The notes below the pieces were generated by a model, which was not told where the DNA came from, made no database searches, and worked only from the letters and a program-made list of their open reading frames with translations. A stretch of 64,000 nt of DNA, counting the filler, from Dirinaria sp. TL-2023a (lineage: Eukaryota), in assembly GCA_051941275.1 (NCBI GenBank). It is 5 parts of 5 records of this genome, joined end to end, with 100 filler letters (N's around TTAATTAATTAA, not from the genome) between each part and the next. Parts side by side here need not be neighbours in the genome. Positions count along the whole stretch, not along the records: positions 52,055 to 64,000 come from JAVEBF010000802.1; 4 more parts are not named here. One strand, given 5' to 3'. This document shows positions 52,182 to 64,000 of this stretch, piece after piece. A program made the translations under genes and the position numbers. How positions within the stretch are numbered: the stretch's first letter is position 1; each line of letters opens with the position of its first letter.

Positions 52182-54269
52182 CTACATCCTAAAAACCCCG
52201 AACCGCGTCTCTCTCCCCCTTTTCTCATCCCCCAACGAAAAAGCGGCATCCAACCCCATAGCCAACACCCGCCGCGTATGTGCTGGCGGAATGATCCCAT
52301 CGTCCCAGAGCCGGGCGGAAGAATGAACCGCATCACTCTCCCGCTCGATCCTGGCCGCGAGCGCCGGGTCCACGGTCTTCCCTACCGTTTCCATCACCGC
52401 GCTCAGCTGCTCGGAACCCATGACCCCGATTTTCGCTTGGGGCCACATCCAGAGGAAGCGCGGGGAGTAGGCTCGCCCACTGTTGGATTCGGTTCTTGAG
52501 TCAGCTGCTTTTTGTTTTTTTTTTTGTTTTTTTCCTTTTTTTTGCGCAATACCTCCACTGGTCGAGTATGCGAGATTAGGAGAAAACTCACCACATGCCA
52601 TAATTGCCCGCGCCGGCACTGGCGCCCACCACAACGGTGAACTTGGGCACATCGGCGCACGCGACCGCGGTCACGAGCTTGGCGCCGTTTTTGGCGATCC
52701 CGCCGCGCTCGGCACTGGCGCCGACCATGAAGCCACTGATGTTTTGCAGAAAGATAAGAGGGATCCGTCGTTGGGTGCAGAGTTGGATGAAGTGGGCGCC
52801 TTTGAGGGAGGATTCGGAGAATAGAATACCGTTGTTGGCGAGGATGCCGATGGGGTGGTCGTGAATTTTTGCGAAGCCTTTATTATTGAAGGGGAACGAT
52901 GGGGTTTAGTGCCCTGGGGTCTTGGGTGTACGGGAGAAGGAGGGAGCTCACCTGTCACTAGCGTCTCCCCGTAGTCTTTTTTGAACTCGGCGAATTCGCT
53001 GCCGTCGACGATCCGAGCGATCACTTCTCGGGCGGGAAACTGTTTTCGGAGATTTAGGCCTACTATACCTCCAAGCTCTTCGGGGTCGTATAGAGGCTCC
53101 TTGAATGAGACGCTTGGTGCCGCTGAACGAGGCCAGTTCAAATTACTGATGCATCTCCGTGCGAGCACCAGGGCGTGCGCGTCGTCCACAGCCAGATAGT
53201 CAGTGACGCCGGAGACGGAGCTGTGCATTCTCCCTCCTCCTAATTCTTCTGCAGTGACGACTTCGCCAGTGGCAGCTTTTACTAATGGAGGGCCGGCGAG
53301 GAAGATTGTGCCTTGGTTTTCGACGATGATGGACTCATCGGACATTGCGGGGACGTAGGCACCGCCTGCTGTACAAGGTCCCATTACGACGGATATTTGC
53401 GGTATACCTTGAGAGCTCACTGCGGGTTGTGTCAATATCCTTTTTTTTTGTGCATAAATTTGGTAGCGCTCGGCGTACTTCGAGCTTGATTATAGAAGAT
53501 GCGGCCAAAATGATCTCGGTCAGGAAAGACGTCTGCCTGATGAGGTAAATTGGCGCCCCCTGAGTCTACAAGGTAGATACATGGTAGCCCTACGGATTGA
53601 GCCTTAAGCCTTCATCGGAGTTGTATGAACAGCATGATCTTACGGTTCTCTTGAGCAATTGCTTGGGCTCGGAGGTGCTTTTTCACCGTGATGGGGTAAT
53701 ATGTACCCCCCTTTACCCTGCAGACCCAAATGAGCTCATTGAATTCCCCTAGAGTGTAACAGAGCTATACGTGCTGTCGTTCGCTACAATCATACACGAT
53801 ATACCATGGACTGATCCGATCCCGGTAATGATACCGCCAGCCGGTACATCTTCGCCTGGGTAGACTTCATGGCCGGCCAGCGAAGACAGCTCCAGGAACG
53901 GAGTGGCGGCGTCTAGGAGTGCCGTGACTCGACTGTAGACGATCAGACCTTATGAGACTTCACATTTATGTTGTTCTTAATGTACTCTCTAGGCAGCAAT
54001 TTTCCCCTTGCGACATGTTTGTCCCTGGCTTTTTCCGTCCCACCCTTCTCGATTCTGCTATGGAGCTCTTTCATCCGTGCCAGCACATCATTGAACGCTC
54101 TTGCATTGTCCTTGAACTCCGCAGACGCGGAGTCAACAGCACTCGGAAGGATTGAGAGCGCAGTTGCATGATGGTTATACGTGTGCGTTGCGATTGACCG
54201 ACAGAGGGTAAGGTTCCGGCAGATGCGGCTTCGGTATGCCAAAAGGCTGAGCCTTTGAGCAACCCTCAT
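52182..54269 (-). CDS. mccB: 3-methylcrotonyl-CoA carboxylase beta subunit, mitochondrial
   Basis: Mitochondrial-type presequence and motifs [71 protein letters not shown] and FGVFRM. Confidence 0.95.
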
Positions 54270-54912
54270 CGTCGTTACATTTTTAACTGATATGAGCGTT
54301 CGGACTGTAGTTGTATATTGTAAGGACTGCGAGGACTGTCTCTTTACCCGACGGTAGCCGAGGTTTGTTTCTTGGCACTTGTCTAGCGATCTCGGCTCCT
54401 TTCACCTACAGTAAAGTGCATAAGGCTGAGATGGCGCTGCCGAAAGGCATCTTGTGCCTGAGTCTAATCATTAATGTAAGATACTACATTTAAGATAAAC
54501 TCATGGTGCTGTGCTGTGCCGCACGCACAAAACTGGCGCTGGCGCTTGCCTACGTACATATGCGGGGCAAGTTTTTTGCGCATGCCGCGTAGTTGAATAC
54601 AATGAAAAAAAAAATTGCAAAAAAAGAAAAGGAAAAAAAGGGAAGGGAGAGGGAGAGAGAGGAGAAAAAAAAAAAGAAAAAGAAAAGAGGCTATACTCCT
54701 TCGCTGGGTATATATATCTCTCTTCTCTTTCTCTTGCTCCCCAATTTCCCGTGCCTCTATATCTTCCCCCCCACCTTCGCCGAACAAGATTAACATTATT
54801 AAGGGCCCATCCATGGGAAACAGGTGAAGGGAGCCAATATGTAATGTCTTTCTTCTTCTCCTTCTTAGAAGTCGCCCTCTTTCCCCTACTCATTGTCCCT
54901 CTTTTCATCACA

Positions 54913-55912
54913 TCACAGGATATTACACCTTGGCCCGTCCGCAAGCTGCTGCTGTCTCCTCCTACGGCGCCGTCTGTGGGGCGGCCGCCGGTGGTCCCCA
55001 CGCCTACCGTCCTCCATCTCCTTCACCCTCTCCGTCGCCTGTTCCTTACGGATGATCTGCCTGCAGAGATCCACAAAGGCCTCGTCGACATTAGCGCGCC
55101 GCCTCGCACTCGTCTCGTAATAAGGCGCGTTCCCCCAGCGCTGGCTTACGTCGAACGCCCGCGCGCGCGACACCGCCCGGTCTTCTTCCAGATCTGATTT
55201 GTTGCCCACCATTACCAGTGGTACGCGGGCGTCGTCTTTGATGCGGACGATTTGGTCGCGCAATTCGTAGAGCTCGGTTAGGGACGAGAGAGAGGTGATG
55301 GAGAAGACGAGGAGGAAGCCTTGGCCTGATTTCATGTAGAGTTCTCTATGGGGGGTTGGTCAGGTGCTGGTGGGCTTGTGAAGGGGTTGAGAGGAATATA
55401 CCTCATGGCAGCTTTATGAATGTACGGATTAGCGAATTGCTAGACTATATCAATTGCATGGAAGGGTTGGGTAATGGACTTACTGAACTGTTCCGTGCCC
55501 GCAGTATCTAATCTGGACTCCCGTCAATACCTTCTTCAGCTCTGCCAAGTAGCCAATTCTCACATCTCGAGTATGCATTGACGGCCCTACAGCGCTTTAG
55601 CTTGTCTCTTCACATTCACGTTTGTAGATGCTACGCACGTCGACCTCGATCTGCTTTCGATAGGAATCCTCGATGGTGGGATCATAGCTCTCTATCCAGA
55701 CGTTTTGTACGAATTGGGCTGTGAGACAGCTTTTTCCCACACCGCCTTCGAGCAATTGGTCAGCGCCACAGTCACGAGTTTCGGGCTTTCATCTCCTCTT
55801 CTCACCGGCTCCTAGCACCACAATATGATACTCGCGTCTACAGCCTTGGTCAGCATCGCTAGCTAGAGGCTCACGGGAGGGGATCAATGTGTCAGTCCTA
55901 CCGCTGCGACAT
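54913..55912 (-). CDS. RSR1: Ras-family GTPase Rsr1/Rap1 (Krev-1)
   Basis: [54 protein letters not shown] (Rap-type T at the Ras Q61 position), GNKSD, ETSA and CaaX CNIL. Confidence 0.93.
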
Positions 55913-56172
55913 TGGGCCAAGAACCGCAGACTTCTCATGAGCAGCCGCGCAGCTCCACCACTCCAGCTGCGCTAAAGGAATCAACAACCCTCAATGCTGT
56001 CGGTTCGAGCACAGGAAGCATGGGCGGCTGAATTGTTCAATCGTGGCGCAATTGATCGAGAGGGGAAAAATATTGCGTATATTCTTTTTCGGGGAAAAGG
56101 GTGTCACAAGCAGCGGCAAGAAGAGATTTCCTTGCCTGGGAGAGCGGAGGAAGCAAGAAGCAAAGTTTAAGA

Positions 56173-56240
56173 TTGTGAGTGTGTGAGTGCGTGTGCGTGT
56201 GTCTATGTGTATGGATGTGTATGGTGTGAGTGTGAATGTG
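56173..56240. repeat. Degenerate (TG)n microsatellite upstream of RSR1
   Basis: TGTGAGTGTGTGAGTGCGTGTGCGTGTGTCTATGTGTATGG... Confidence 0.7.
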
Positions 56241-57963
56241 ACCGAACGAGGCGTCCAGGCAAGAAAGAGAAACCCTCAGTGTCTCTCCCACCCCCAAAAA
56301 AACCCCCCATGCACATACAGTAGTGCCGTAGTTCCTTTAGTTGCCAAGTTGGGCAGCCACGAACCAGGATGGCGAATGGATCTCTATGGCGCGCAAGACC
56401 GCAGCGCTGGGATCCAATGGCTGAGGGAGTCTGTCGTAGTGAAGGGTCTAGCCGGGCCGAAGAAGTGGCCTCGCTTCCTCATTCTCGGGTCAGGAGACCC
56501 GGTTCTTGGACGAGGACTAGCAATCTCGCGCTTTGCCTCTGTTGGCCTAATTGTCTTTCAGTCGATCTTCCCACATAAGGTACTTATCCTTTTTTCCTCT
56601 TTTTTTTCCCATCATCATCATCTTCAGTCGCATTCAAATCAAGTGGGAATGTTCTGTTACAGGGAAAATTTGTCACTTAGGGTTCGATCAGGGCTGTCAA
56701 GAAACTCAGCTGACGTACCTTACCTAACTTACCTAGAACGCGTACACCAGAACGCGCATTCTCCATCATCACTCTAGCATCTACTTCAGATGCTACTGAC
56801 GTTCAATCGCGCCGAATTACTCATGAGCTGTCGCCATCACCGTCGCCGACGTGGAGAACTCCACTGGCTTGGTGTTGATGAAGGCAGCAAATGGCTTCAT
56901 TAGAATATAGGGCTATGCCTTCATCATCAAAAGCTCTAGTACGAAGTCTTCTAATGGTGTGAGAAACAAGTTCTACTTCCGCTGTATCAGAAGGGGGAAA
57001 GCTGCCGGCTTTAACGAGCTTGAGGCCAATCTTCTCGACAAAGTAAGGGAAATAGGAGTGCAGAAAAGGAGATCATGCAGACAAATAGTGACGAGGGAGG
57101 TTCAGGAATATCTATTAACCGTTGTTTCTCCGGAAGTGGTATACATAACCCAACGGGGGTAAGATTACCTATTTGCTCCCGAATCAGACTCGGACAACAG
57201 GAGATTTACTAGCACGTGGACTATCTTACTGAATACGCGCTTCGAATTGCAATTGAACCTTATTGGATGAGGTACAAGGCTTGGAGAAAGATAGTATTGT
57301 TCTATTTACACCGCACCTTTCAAAGTGCTATCAGTGTGGCAGCTTTTCAGGTTCTCTTTATTCTGGGCGTGTCTATGAAAAGATATTTCTTTGCTCGTGG
57401 TTTCTCAGGCTATGGTGATTTTTTTATAAGGATTTTCTCTCTGCTCTTGATTGTTAGTGTTCATGCGAACACAGACAAAAAGTTTTCGGACCTCGAGGTT
57501 ATGGGCCATTGGCTTTCGAACTCTATCCCTTCTTATTAACACCTTTTTCCCTCGGACTTTCAGCGTGACGCATGGCACGGATAAATCGCCAAGTCCCTAC
57601 CAGGCTATGGAAATATAGTGCTAGCAGGCGCGAATAAATCCTATAGCAGCTGCCATCGAGCTTCATGCTTCAGCAATGAATGGAGTATCAGTCGGTGCAT
57701 TACCGATTCTCTAGATCGCGACAGTTTACCGAAAATAGAGATTTGTTGGTGGAGTAGAGAATTTCTGGCTAAAACGACGGCTAGTTGTCATTCTCACCTG
57801 TCCTTCTCCGCATCTAGAACCATGACGTCATTAGTATATGGTATTGAATTCTATCCAGTCCCATTACTATGTAAAGAGACTGGGAAAGTGCCGTTGTCAA
57901 AACGCTTGGTTGTCTTTGTTCCTCATCTATTTATACAATATTCACACATCATATGCCGCAGAG

Positions 57964-59019
57964 ATGGCTCGGTCCCCAGACTATGACAGCACTGACATCG
58001 CGAGCTATTCAATCCCATCTTTCACTTTCACTTCGGGCGAGACCATCCCGGTCCGCGTGGCCTATCGCTCTTACAACCCTTCTTCATCTAAGACCATTTG
58101 TATTCCAACTTGCTACGGCGGCTTGATCAATACGACACTGGCATTCAACCATTCAGGCGGAGTCTTCAAGGATTACCACGTCGTAGTCGTCGCAATGTTA
58201 GGGAACGGAGAGTCTTCGTCTCCGTCTAACACCCCCGGCTTTCCGAAGCGCATCGACTATCGGGACTGCATACGATCACAATATGAGCTTTTGACAGCTC
58301 ACTTAGGGATCAAACAGCTGGACGCCGTTCTGGGCTTCTCGATGGCCGGCCAGCAAAGCTATTACTGGGCCTGCATGTATCCAGATTTTATGAAAAACGC
58401 GATAGCCATCTGCGGCTCCGCTCGAACGAGCGGGCATAATTACGCTTTCCTCGAAGGTCCCAAAGCTGCGCTGGAACACAGCAGCGCTTACGCAGAGGGC
58501 AAGTATCGGGAGAAGGCTATTGATCCGGCCCACGGCATCCGGGCTTTCGCACGCGCGTATTGCGCTTGGCTCACAAGCCAGGCTTGGTATAGAGAGCAGC
58601 AGTACCAGAAGCTGGGCCACAAGGACCTGCAGACCTACCTGAAGGTGCACTCGGAGACGATGCTAAAGGGCTGGGATGCTGAAGATGTTCTCATCCTTGC
58701 AAGGATGTGGCAGGCAGGGGACATTGGTGTCTTCGGCGATAACGGCGATTACACGAAGGCTTTGGCAGCGATCAAATGCAAGGTCTTAGTCATGCCGTCA
58801 AAGACGGATCAATATTTCCCGTGAGTATTCGCGAACTGCGCAAAATGCTGTATTGACTGTTTTGCCATTAGGCCAGAGGACAGTGCGATAGAAGTAGAGC
58901 ATCTAAAGCATGGTGAGTTGGCTGTCATTCCGACCATTTGGGGGCACACCGCTGGCGGAGGATCCAACGAAGAAGATACGAAATGGATGAATGATAGGAT
59001 TGCAAGGTTTCTGGAGTAG
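57964..59019 (+). CDS. Homoserine O-acetyltransferase-like alpha/beta hydrolase
   Basis: Motifs LGNGESSSPSN, nucleophile elbow GFSMAG, KTDQYFP (Asp) and IPTIWGH (His); intron 58821-58872. Confidence 0.88.
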
Positions 59020-60186
59020 AGTTCCCCATGCATGTTTGTCGAAAGTCCTTTCAGGACTCCTTGTATGACAATGAAGGCATTTCTCCAATGCTATCCTGAC
59101 CATGGATAACTCGGCTGCATACCCGTGGCTACCATTTTTACTATCCTGTGTGTTCCGAAGCATTGGCGATCAGGAGGCTCGGAAGAGCCAAGGCTAAACT
59201 AGCGCCGGCTAATTGGACTCCACCTTACTCTTAATGTACCCTCGGTAAAGTACTCGTACCTTAGCTCTCAGCTCTCGAGGCTCTCCTCTCAATCTTCAGA
59301 ATCCTCGGCCATTGTTTTGTTTTCGTCCATTTCTCAATTGCTCATACCATATGAAACAAAGGTACACGTGTCTCACCATACCTCTATGATAAGATTGGAG
59401 CGACCAGCTCGAGCATTAATTGCATCATCAAGTACAGCATGGCTTGGTTCGGCGAACCTGGTTTTCGCGGCTTTGGGGCTTAGCTTCGCTGCTGCCTGGT
59501 CTGCCGACACTAAGGTACAGTATTACAGTAAGGTGAGGTAGGCCCTTTCCTCAGGTACAGTACCCTACCTTACCCTACACGACCTTAGCAGTTCTCTACA
59601 CCACCTTGGAAGAGCTAGCCCATCTTCAGCGACTCGAGAAGTCAGCCTTGTACCCCGCTCGCACCGAGATCCTGCAATAACAAGGTGAGCTGATTGCATG
59701 TTCAACGGATCGCTTACTGCGCGCACCGTCGCGTCCAGGGCACCGACCTCTATCCCGCCCGGCATGGAGGTGTCCTCAATCCTGCCTCGTGGAGTCGTGG
59801 GTGAGGCTTGATACCCATGGCACGCAACGCCACCAATCAGCATCCACGATTCCTAGTCCTGGGCATGCCCTATCATCCCATCATCCTATCACGGTAGACG
59901 AGAGCTGAGTCCTGTGTCTCCTTCGAGCCTACTGCCGATTTCCAGTTGCCTTAATGGATTTCTATCGAATGCTACCTACCCTCTATAAATCACTCTTGTA
60001 TTTATCATGTCCAAAATTCAAACATTGCAGTACTTTGATGCTCTCATGTGAGACCAATTGTCACTGCTGGCTCGCCCCATTCTGGTATCTTGAGTGTTTT
60101 GCCTTGCTTACCGATTTCGGCGTGTATTGTACCATCATATACCATCTTCTGAGAGTCTTGAGAGCGTAAAGAGGCAATACGTCGAA

Positions 60187-63100
60187 ATGCCCAAGGATAA
60201 CAGAGGCCCAAATACTAGCGGCACGGTGCCGTGCGCGTGAGTCCTCAGCGGAAACCTTTTGACTAACTGTTGCTGAGGACATCTAGGCTACACGACTATC
60301 TGCGTAAGAACGACAGTGCTAGCTCTTTTGCTAAATTGTCTGACCGAGAATGTCGTTTGGCTTTTCAAAACTGGGTAGCGTACGGCAGGACACCCATGCC
60401 GAGTACTGCAACGCAAGAGCCCATGACATGCCCACTGTTGTGGTGCCGCCACAGATTCGACACCTTCGCATCGTGCTTGCAGCACGTATCGGCATGCCCG
60501 TGGCTGCCGAACGCTTTCTACTGGTGTCCTCAATGTCAGCGCGCAGAAAGGTTCATCGCAGGTGATGCAATGATAGCGACTGTAGATCGCTCGGTGTCGC
60601 CGCAGAGGCAAAACTCGAAGATGAGACGAGCTGTGTCCTTCTTCAAGCACCTTGGGCGAAAGAGTTGCGCTCATCCCCCCTTGATAGAGAATCAAGAACG
60701 CCGCACAAGGCTCGATGCTGGAAGTCTAAACCTGACTGGAAATCATGTACCGATGCCTAAACATCCACGAGTTAATGAAGACACTTGCAGTCGAGAGAAT
60801 GATTTCGAACCTTCACAGTGTCGACAAAAACTTGAATCAACTCTTCACTCTCCATCCGTCGAGCAACCATCCCGACGGACTCAAGAATATGACGGATATT
60901 TCATTGATCAAAGTGTCCAGAACGTCCAAAGAGACTTGACTCGCCGTGTCAGTCGCGAGAAGAATCTCGTCCCCACACAGCGCGCAAGGCGCCAAACATT
61001 GTATGACATGGAGGGAAATGCGCTTAGTCCCTTGATGAGTCCAAATATCGAGTCAAGCAAACAGGATATCGCTGAACTTGCCACTGATGATCCTCTCTTC
61101 AACTCGAGTCAGCTTGGTGATACCAGCGTAACACCACTAGCCACAGGCTTTCTTTCGCGGGATGAGCGCCAAATGAGCCTTGATCAACGTTTACCAACCC
61201 ATTATGGTCCCTTCTCCTTGAGTTTGAGCGCTGCCAAAGCCGAGGATACTTGGAGGGCCTACTGGCCAGCCATCGCTCAGGAAAGCCGCCTTCAAAATGT
61301 AACCGGTGAGGTAATAACCGCCCAGATTGATAATGAGGACGCACAGATGCAAGATATCAATGCTGCAGTGGTTGGCTTTCCAATTTCTCAAGCAGATCAT
61401 AGCACGGAAACTGTACCACCGAAGTACAGCACAGACGCAAAGATTTCCAAGCATGTCGCCAAGGACTCAAGTGCGGAGAATCTTGTTCAAGAGCTTCACA
61501 GACTTGTCCGGGGCTTGAATTATTACTGGTCAGAAGAAGTCCTCGAGAGCTCCGATTCTACTGGAATCCAAGCTACAATCCATGGCATGTCAGCTTTTGA
61601 AGCAGGGTTGCGATCTTTACAACAGTGTTTCCGTGGATCATTCACAACCACAGTGGAAGGAGTGCTATCGTTGGCTCAGCTTGCGCTGTCCTGCGCATAC
61701 GAGCTTTATGAACAAGATTTAGCTTTCCCGTGGCAGGATTTGCTTGGAGATATCATGGACTGGAGCCATGCTATACCGGCTGGAGATGATCGACAATTGT
61801 ACGTCAACACGGTGAAAGTTCTTTGGGCTCAGATGCAAGGCCCATCGATTCAGGCTTTGCCAGAGCCTAGTCCTGATCCTGATGCCACCAACCAACACAC
61901 AGACAATCCAAGCTCCGAATCCAAAATGGAGGACACCAGCTTCCATGTAACCGAGCCAATAGACATTTCCATGGCTTATTCTGATCTTGCATTTTGTCCA
62001 GTGCCAGAAGCCAGTGGGACCGAAGCGACCATGTTCGAGCCTAGGAAACGAGGTTTGGTCATCCGCACCTGCTCTCGGTACCTTAATGGTAGGCTACACC
62101 CTCTTATAGTCGCAAAGCTCAGCTAATCATTCCTCTTGAAAGTCCTCGAGCATGCAAAAATGGTCGCTCGCGCTGAAAACGACTCAAGCACTCTCGAACC
62201 GCCTACCGCTCCATCTTCTGCAAATGTCGAAAGGGTCGAAACCCTGATCATTCAGCCTCTAATGGACTGGTGTGGTATCGCGGCATTTCAACAAAGCCTA
62301 GTTTACACATTGAACATGCTATACAAGGGCTTACTGAGAAACATACATGATGTCGAGATCGCGCTTACCGAGAGCGCTAAGGTCAGGACTCTATTCTGTC
62401 CCCGATTTTACTTCCACTAATATTGGAAAGGCTTGTAACATCAAGGCTTACGACCGTGAAGTGTACTGTACACTTGTTGCGACTCTCTGCGACCAGTCAA
62501 TGCAACAGCGCCCGAGGTGGCGCGATCGTTACTATGCGACTTATATCGATAATGCTTTGGCTGTCGCTCTAGAACAAGAGAACAGGAAGCTGATATCGAA
62601 CAAACCGAGTAACAAGCGACCTCCACCCATCGACGTAGACCTGGCGAATAGCAATTACAGTCAAAAATTTCTTGAGCATCTTTCAGCGACAGAACTGAAA
62701 GCAAGTGCAAGTACCACGGGATCTCAGTCATCAACAGAAATATCTAGCGTCTTTGAAAGTCCCGCCTCTGCTGTATTTAGCAGCGCAAGCCACTGTAAAA
62801 GCACATCATGGCTGACGCCGCAATCTTCACCTGAATCTTCGTCCTTTGCCGTGCCACGCTCGCCGATATCGCCCTGCACGCCCTTCAGATCACCCATATC
62901 GGCCAATCCATTCACGTTGATATCCGCAAGCACACCATCACCTACATCTACACAAGCAACGTCCACATGCCTGAAATGTGGGGCGAGCTTCACTGGCAGT
63001 CAACAACATCGCGCATCGAACCTCAAGCGGCACGAACGAACCATGCATAAGCGCGGAGCAAAGCTGGTTTGCGCCGAGGGAGGTTGTGGAGTCGAGTTTA

Positions 63101-63225
63101 GCAGGTCTGACAACCTGAGAAAGCACAAGAAGACTGCGCATGGTATTGAAGAGCCGCTGAGACGAAAAAGCCATGGCAAAAGAAGAAGGTCATCGGATTT
63201 AAAAGAGATAACGACATGGATCTGA
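60187..63225 (+). CDS. Large C2H2 zinc-finger protein
   Basis: MPKDNRG..CA|LHDYLRK start; N-terminal CPLLWC..H..C..WCPQC module; C-terminal fingers CLKC...NLKRHERTMH and CAEGGC..FSRSDNLRKHKKTAH; three in-phase introns. Confidence 0.8.
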
Positions 63226-64000
63226 AATTCTTCAAGGTCCAAATAAGCTCCTTGCATATTTTTCAGCCCGGGGAGGTCCATACCACTGAGACGGACAGTG
63301 ATTCCAATCCAAGTCACACGCTCCCGTGAGCCTAATAGCTAGGCTAGAAGACTACCTTACTTGCAATACTTTGCCAAGAGAATGAGTCATGCGAAGCCAC
63401 CGAATCCAAGTAGCTTCGGCGTCCTAGACACTGAATACCCACACGGCTCACTGCTAGTCTTATGTAGGGCCAGCAACTACCTTACAAAGTTCGAGGATGG
63501 CTTAAATGTCGAAGTTAATTCCACAACCTATGGAGATGTGGTATTACTCGATGTTAGTTCGAGCTACATCCACCAATCACGTCGTCCCAGGCGACAAAGC
63601 AAAAACACCTTTCTGTCAAAGATGTTCGCATGTTACTTCAGGTACTGGGTCAAGCGTCAGCTCAGACCGGAAGGTGTTTGAGGCATGGGACATCGTTCTT
63701 CTAGAGAATCTCGGGTCACTGTGGTCCCACAAGCGCACTGAGGCCTGTGTCTGGGTTGATGGAAGGAATACTAAAATGCGCCGCGTTAGTTCGCTACTAG
63801 TACTGATTCTTGACTGCCTGAAGTTGCCATCAATCTGCCAGTCACACACCGAAAAGCTGCTTGAGCTTATCGTAACTCAAAGTGACCTTCTACTCACTGC
63901 TCTGTACCGCATGAGGCTCTCCGGCAGCAAAAGCTGAAATGGGTCTTTGATCGCACGTTAACTCTGTCCTTCGACTATACCCTGTAGACCCCGAAAGAAC

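Noticed and set aside
54464..55197. Lys- or Phe-rich ORFs
   Set aside because: They translate poly-A/purine tracts downstream of RSR1 and its antisense strand.
1..64000. tRNA, rRNA, CRISPR or prokaryotic operons
   Set aside because: None recognised by eye, and the DNA is intron-containing fungal sequence. tRNAscan-SE/Infernal were not run.

Overview
Eukaryotic (filamentous ascomycete) DNA with short GT..AG introns and CTRAC/CTAAC branch points; the gene families look like a Pezizomycotina, possibly lichen-forming, fungus (inference only). The window is NOT one locus. It is five contigs joined by identical artificial 100-bp spacers (44 N + TTAATTAATTAA + 44 N), and the complete contigs decrease in length (12922, 12905, 12892 bp), so nothing can be inferred across the spacers. 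Contig 1 (1-12935) is an accessory, decaying region with stop-interrupted genes, an F-box-like protein, a small secreted protein and a MITE-like element. Contig 2 has the 3' end of a histidine acid phosphatase, a membrane protein, a Zn2Cys6 TF, a secreted two-repeat protein, a GST/FAX-like protein and a sugar porter. Contig 3 has the 5' end of RidA, NPR2, a WDR89-like protein, a LaeA-type methyltransferase and a Trk K+ transporter. Contig 5 has mccB, an Rsr1/Rap GTPase, a MetX-like hydrolase and a C2H2 protein. Contig 4 is the most interesting: an MFS exporter, a Tsc10-like 3-ketosphinganine reductase, a Zn2Cys6 TF and a PLP alpha-oxoamine synthase. This is the tailoring, export and regulatory core of a sphinganine-analog (sphingofungin/myriocin/AOD-like) cluster. 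No PKS is visible, and several lesions suggest decay or sequencing error. Gene models were spliced by hand and no database searches were run.
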